DNA from: a virus
Taxonomy: Duplodnaviria > Caudoviricetes
DNA: 49,984 nucleotides
Direction: 5' to 3' (one strand)
IMG/VR virus record: IMGVR_UViG_3300025110_000020
Span: 1 to 49,984 of that record
The notes under the pieces were generated by a model. That model saw nothing but the letters and a program-made list of their open reading frames with translations. It did not search any database and was not told the origin of the DNA. A program made the position numbers and the translations under genes. Of the stretch, positions 45,444-49,984 are shown piece after piece; position 1 is the stretch's first letter, and every line of letters begins with the position of its first letter.

Positions 45444-45948
45444 GACTGAAAGACCTTTACTGTCCTATCAAAGCAAGCTGCTAAGACAGCTACATCAGGG
45501 GCCTATCGACTATTACAAGGATCGAATATCGGGTCACGGTTTCTATGACAAGGAACGTTTTAGATTTCACGGCAATCAACTATATAAAGCATATGAATTG
45601 CTATATCCCAGAGATCAACGCTTTGTTTCTCTAGATGTATTAGAGGTTACAGGCAGAAAAGGATTAGCTCTCTTGTGGGCGGATCAAGGACGTATTAACG
45701 GTCGCAGAGGATCTCTAAGAGGTAAATATTCGTCTGAAGAATACAAGAATATTGCTAAATATATGAATACACTAGGTATAGAAGCTAGTCCTCATTCCAA
45801 CCAACTTACAACTATTGAGATTTGCTTATCTAGATCAGGACTCACATTAATGTTAGATATAGTCGAAGATTTTTTACCTAAAGGTGTTTACAATGGATTG
45901 TCCCGTAGAAGAACTATGTCAGGGACATCCCTCCGCCAGGGGTCTTAG
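45337..45948 (+). CDS. Degenerate LAGLIDADG endonuclease-like protein
   Basis: SCSLGRG (vs LGDG), YELLYP, GLALLWADQG (vs DDG). Confidence 0.65.
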   Translation: MSTQFVTHALSCSLGRGMISLKGTKNRPWLEISRCETERPLLSYQSKLLRQLHQGPIDYYKDRISGHGFYDKERFRFHGNQLYKAYELLYPRDQRFVSLDVLEVTGRKGLALLWADQGRINGRRGSLRGKYSSEEYKNIAKYMNTLGIEASPHSNQLTTIEICLSRSGLTLMLDIVEDFLPKGVYNGLSRRRTMSGTSLRQGS

Positions 45949-46016
45949 TTTTTATAGTTTCCTAAGTCCACTAAACGACTGAATGTGCGTATAGCTAGCG
46001 TGCATGGCACCTGGCA
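45899..46016 (+). ncRNA. Candidate structured RNA
   Basis: TGTCCC/GGGACA, GCCAGG/CCTGGC and GGTCTTAG/CTAAGTCC stems, followed by a T-rich tract. Confidence 0.35.
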
Positions 46017-46062
46017 TTTCTTTTTCACCTAAAATAGAGTCGAGTCTTATTTTCGAAGATAG

Positions 46063-46857
46063 TTGACCTCTGTCAGTGATTCAATAGATAAGCTGAAAGG
46101 TGCTTATGGAGGTAGTGATAAAACCTCTGGGTCTTTCCTGCGTCCTGAACATGTCAAATATAATTCTTTCCTAAAAGCAAGAGATTTAGGTAGCGTCGTC
46201 AACCTTAGTACGACAATTACTGGGAATGTAGGATCAGAAGTTGGAGCAAACACTTTATATTTCAAAGTCACCACACTAGGAGAATCTGACCTCCTTTTAA
46301 CTAAACAAAGTATTCATAAACATAAAGACAAGTATATAACTGTAGGATTACTTGATTCTGAGCGTAATCCCATACAAAGGACAGTAAGCGGATTTGGATA
46401 TGCCAATGAAATACTCAATACCATCCCAAAAGAAGCTCAATTACAGCTACCAAAGGGAACTTATTATTTTACGGTCAGTAATTCTCAATGGCAGCAGTTA
46501 CCTTTTCAGATAGGTATTCAAGTTATAAGATATATCTTGATTGATGGTATAGCCGAAGGATCTCTGACCGCAACTGCAAGGGTTGCATTGGTCAAGATAT
46601 TTGGTTTATCTGTAGTCACTGCAGAGCCATCCTTGACACTAACTCCGAAGAATCAGATAAAGGCTTTAGAAGGACAAACAGATGGACAGGCTTTACCAAC
46701 GCTCGAGATAGCTATTTTAAGAGGTACTGCAACTCTCAGTAATATTAACTACGGCAGATTGAAGGCTACGTGGAGGATTGGTGGAACAGCCACCGGTTCG
46801 AGCAATAATACAGCTACACTAAATGTTACGACCCCTGGTGGTGGTTACGGTCCTTAA
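46063..46857 (+). CDS. Putative virion protein
   Basis: ARDLG...YFKV...LPKGTYYFTVS jelly-roll-like domain; Ala/Thr-rich C-terminus. Confidence 0.65.
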   Translation: MTSVSDSIDKLKGAYGGSDKTSGSFLRPEHVKYNSFLKARDLGSVVNLSTTITGNVGSEVGANTLYFKVTTLGESDLLLTKQSIHKHKDKYITVGLLDSERNPIQRTVSGFGYANEILNTIPKEAQLQLPKGTYYFTVSNSQWQQLPFQIGIQVIRYILIDGIAEGSLTATARVALVKIFGLSVVTAEPSLTLTPKNQIKALEGQTDGQALPTLEIAILRGTATLSNINYGRLKATWRIGGTATGSSNNTATLNVTTPGGGYGP

Positions 46858-46901
46858 GGATTTAACTACTGTCAGAATACAGATGAAGAACTAAAGCAAG
46901 C

Positions 46902-47324
46902 ATGGCATTTTCTCAATATCTTGCGACCAAGATTCTGAGTTGGGTAAAGAACTCTACTTTCCCTTCAGCATTGTCAAACGTGTATGTATCTTTACATACA
47001 GCTGACCCTGGAACTGCAGGGACCAATAACGATGTAACAGCCTCCGTGAGAGGTGTGGCGACTCGAGTCGGAATAGCAGCTACTGCTTTCAGCTCAGTAG
47101 GAGCAGCCAGTGGTGGAGGCTATCAAATAACAAATTCTATGGTCAGTCAGCAGACTACAAGTGCTGCTAATACAACTCCAGTAACCATTTCTCATTTCGG
47201 ACTATGGGATACCAGTTCATCTGGCAACTTCTTAGCTTCTGGAACATTGACGACCAACGTAGAAATACAGCAAGGAGATACGGTGCAATTCAATAGTGGT
47301 GCAATGGCAGTTAAAGTTCTATAA
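46902..47324 (+). CDS. Phage tail-fibre-associated protein
   Basis: FSQYLA.KIL...VYVSLHTADPG...HFGLWD..SSGN.L...GD...F..GA. Confidence 0.8.
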   Translation: MAFSQYLATKILSWVKNSTFPSALSNVYVSLHTADPGTAGTNNDVTASVRGVATRVGIAATAFSSVGAASGGGYQITNSMVSQQTTSAANTTPVTISHFGLWDTSSSGNFLASGTLTTNVEIQQGDTVQFNSGAMAVKVL

Positions 47325-48455
47325 CTATCTGATACCTACAAATCCCCCATTGTTAGAGATATCTAAAGTCAAATATCCTTGATCAGGTTGATAATCAATC
47401 TTTCCTCTCCATCTGCTCTTCAACCAATTAAAGAGATGATGTATGTCTTCTTTTCCTGGGCATATATCTAATCCTTCTCCTTTGGAATGAGCTGAATCAG
47501 GTGTGCCTCCTATCTCCCTGTTGAAAGGTTCGGATCTGAAGCCGCCAACAACCCATAAGGGGCCATTCCATGCCTCTCTGACGGCATTAAACTCTTCGAC
47601 AAGACGTATGAGTCGTTCAGCTTCTATGCTGTCCTTCTCGGGTATATTACGAGGGTCATATTGCACTACCTCTCCCACAGTTAGGTATCTACCTAAAGGG
47701 CAATTCAAGTCTGTCCAATCTATATCGGAATCAGTAGGGATATGAGAAGTTAATAGTTCGAAATCGGGCATATATGCAGCCCATCTACCTGGTGTTCCAT
47801 ATATCCATAACCAATTATGTAGATCTCTAGGGATTTCACGGGATTGACTAATTTGTATTATCTCATCTTCTTCGATTCTCTTTTTAGCTGGATCAGCCAA
47901 CCAAATATAATCTAATGTTGCTTTCTTAAGGTAAGTATCACGCTTAGCCTTGAGATATACAGACTTCACGCTCTCTCTATCCCATTCATTTCCTTCAATA
48001 CTGCGTCGATCAAGCAAAGCAGCAGACTCATGCCCTTGATAAGTAGCGTATAAGCTGAATATCTCACTCATCTCTTCATATCTCTCCGGATAATCTATAG
48101 ATGCTTCTAATATTTCTTTAATAGGCCTGAATTCCTCCTTTTTGTAAATATCAAATCCTTTACTCCAACCAAAACTCAGTAATGCTGCCTGTCTTCTATG
48201 TCCTAGCCTCTCCCACCCCGGAAGATTAGTAATATATTGAGACGATTCTTTTTTGATTAAGTCTTTCGTGTACTGATAACAGATGGAAGCTTTACAAACG
48301 TCCCCCATTCGGACAATATCTCCTCCGGGATACGTAACAAGTCCAGTGCAGATTGTGGCAACCCCTTGAGGATCTTGATATGCCTCAGTCTCTACTCCTT
48401 CAAACTTTGTTATCAGCTTGACGGCTCGATCCAGGGTCTTCAGATGTATCGCCAT
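47325..48455 (-). CDS. Endolysin: GH24 lysozyme + peptidase M15 domain
   Basis: FEG....YQD..G..TI..G; GFR..P.N..IGG...SAH..G.GLD. Confidence 0.85.
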   Translation of the reverse strand: MAIHLKTLDRAVKLITKFEGVETEAYQDPQGVATICTGLVTYPGGDIVRMGDVCKASICYQYTKDLIKKESSQYITNLPGWERLGHRRQAALLSFGWSKGFDIYKKEEFRPIKEILEASIDYPERYEEMSEIFSLYATYQGHESAALLDRRSIEGNEWDRESVKSVYLKAKRDTYLKKATLDYIWLADPAKKRIEEDEIIQISQSREIPRDLHNWLWIYGTPGRWAAYMPDFELLTSHIPTDSDIDWTDLNCPLGRYLTVGEVVQYDPRNIPEKDSIEAERLIRLVEEFNAVREAWNGPLWVVGGFRSEPFNREIGGTPDSAHSKGEGLDICPGKEDIHHLFNWLKSRWRGKIDYQPDQGYLTLDISNNGGFVGIR

Positions 48456-48681
48456 AAATCATTGCGAAGCGTAATGTTGGTTTAGCCATAGGCTCTTTAC
48501 CTTCTACCATTGCTATAGCAGTTTCTTCAGCTAATTGCTTGCCGAATCCTTTAGATATCAATAAATCATACGTTGCCAAAAAACTATCCAACTTAGATCT
48601 ACCGTCTTGCACGGCAGAAGATTCTTCATCGAAGACATCAGATAACTTCTGGTACAGTTCATCGTTACCAGCTAATTGCAT
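48400..48681 (-). CDS. Hypothetical protein
   Basis: 93 aa ORF. Confidence 0.65.
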   Translation of the reverse strand: MQLAGNDELYQKLSDVFDEESSAVQDGRSKLDSFLATYDLLISKGFGKQLAEETAIAMVEGKEPMAKPTLRFAMIYGDTSEDPGSSRQADNKV

Positions 48682-48740
48682 TTACTGATATCAAGTGGAT
48701 ATCTTAAATTTTATTACAACTTCCTGACTATGGTGTTATT

Positions 48741-49115
48741 TCAAGATAAGAAATCAAATTTTTCTGGGTGATATAAAGTTTCTAAAGCTAAATTCTTGTG
48801 TGCATCAAGAGCAGTACCTCCTTGTGGAAGCTTGGTTTGCTCTAGTACGCCTATTTGAAAGTTTCTAGCGAGCTGATCTGCAGCATTGTCTTGCGCTGTC
48901 ATCTCTAATAAAGCCGCTTGAGCCTCAGTTTTTGCTTGTGTTTGTGCAGCGGAAGCAGCTGTAGTGAGATCTTGGGTATTACTCTGCAAGTCTTGAGAAT
49001 TCTTGACTGATGCTTGAAAATGAGATGCTTGACCGGGGGCATGATCTAAGAATCTGGCCGGTAGAGCCTCTTGAGAAGGAGGACTTAATGTAACGTTTTG
49101 AGGTAACAATGTCAT
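48741..49115 (-). CDS. Hypothetical protein
   Basis: 124 aa, Ala/Gln-rich. Confidence 0.65.
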   Translation of the reverse strand: MTLLPQNVTLSPPSQEALPARFLDHAPGQASHFQASVKNSQDLQSNTQDLTTAASAAQTQAKTEAQAALLEMTAQDNAADQLARNFQIGVLEQTKLPQGGTALDAHKNLALETLYHPEKFDFLS

Positions 49116-49123
49116 AGGTAGAT

Positions 49124-49141
49124 GCCCCGCGCAAGCGGGGC
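49124..49141 (-). terminator. Stem-loop after psbA
   Basis: GCCCCGC-4nt-GCGGGGC; no clear U tract. Confidence 0.55.
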
Positions 49142-49154
49142 GATAACTACTCGG

Positions 49155-49984
49155 TTAGCCGACTGCAGGTGCAGTTAAAGCTACGTCGCTAGAACCAGCC
49201 GAAGCTAAATCTAGAGGGAAGTTATGAGCATTACGCTCGTGCATAACTTCCATTCCGAGGTTGGCTCGATTGAGTACGTCTCCCCATGTTGGGACGACCT
49301 TACCATTTGAGTCTACAACCGATTGATTAAAATTAAATCCATTTAGGTTGAAGGCCATGGTGCATATACCCATTGAGGTGAGCCATATACAAATAACAGG
49401 CCAAGAAGCAAGAAAGAAGTGAAGACTACGAGAGTTGTTGAAACTTGCGTATTGGAAGATGAGACGACCGAAGTAGCCATGGGCTGCAACGATGTTGTAT
49501 GTCTCTTCTTCTTGTCCAAACTTGTAACCATAGTTCTGTGAATCAAGTCCTGTAGTTTCACGAATAAGTGAAGATGTAACCAGTGAGCCATGCATAGCAC
49601 TAAACAAGGCACCGCCAAACATACCCGCCACGCCTGCCATGTGGAATGGATGCATGAGGATATTATGTTCCGCCTGAAAGACAAACATAAAGTTGAACGT
49701 GCCTGAAATGCCGAGAGGCATACCGTCACTGAATGATCCTTGTCCGAAAGGATAGACGAGGAATACAGCAAAAGCTGCGGAGACTGGCGCTGAGTAAGCA
49801 ACACAGATCCAAGGCCTCATCCCAAGTCGATACGACAATTCCCATTGGCGTCCCATATAGGCGGAGATCCCGATGAGAAAATGGAACACCACGAGTTGAT
49901 ATGGTCCTCCGTTATAGAGCCACTCGTCGATGGTTGCAGCTTCCCAGATTGGGTAGAAGTGAAGACCGATTGCGTTAGATGACG
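49155..49984 (-). CDS. psbA: Photosystem II D1 protein (5' truncated by window)
   Basis: Continuous frame [16 protein letters not shown]...[14 protein letters not shown] with C-terminal extension; Gln at position 130. Confidence 0.99.
   Translation of the reverse strand, partial: SSNAIGLHFYPIWEAATIDEWLYNGGPYQLVVFHFLIGISAYMGRQWELSYRLGMRPWICVAYSAPVSAAFAVFLVYPFGQGSFSDGMPLGISGTFNFMFVFQAEHNILMHPFHMAGVAGMFGGALFSAMHGSLVTSSLIRETTGLDSQNYGYKFGQEEETYNIVAAHGYFGRLIFQYASFNNSRSLHFFLASWPVICIWLTSMGICTMAFNLNGFNFNQSVVDSNGKVVPTWGDVLNRANLGMEVMHERNAHNFPLDLASAGSSDVALTAPAVG

Noticed and set aside
49155-49984. Group I intron in psbA
   Set aside because: The visible part reads as uninterrupted D1.
1-49984. tRNA, rRNA, integrase or alternative genetic code
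   Set aside because: No cloverleaf/T-loop signatures or recombinase noticed by eye; standard-code ORFs tile the window densely.

Overview
About 50 kb of a marine cyanophage genome (psbA, hli, NblA-like and DUF3288 genes; the D1 sequence type hints at a Prochlorococcus or marine Synechococcus host). The major capsid protein, VirE-type primase-helicase and gene set look unlike T4- or T7-like cyanophages and resemble, from memory, the S-EIV1-like lineage (inference). Layout: end of a dual-frame C5 DNA methyltransferase; a nitrogen-regulated module (NtcA box, glutamine-II-riboswitch-like RNA, YRG/DUF4278 peptides); replication genes (clamp-like, SSBs, PD-(D/E)XK nuclease, primase-helicase, probable origin); nucleotide metabolism genes; a secreted-protein cassette; three 2OG-Fe(II) oxygenases; a long minus-strand virion module (tail fibres to capsid); a LAGLIDADG pair; endolysin; partial psbA. 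The most striking pattern is many intact ORFs for enzyme folds with their catalytic residues replaced (ThyX, N6-adenine MTase, M15 peptidase, His-Cys-type HNH, HD-like DUF6817, LAGLIDADG), three of them in one tightly coupled operon. There are also several unannotated structured intergenic RNAs. All family calls come from recognising motifs by eye, not from database searches.
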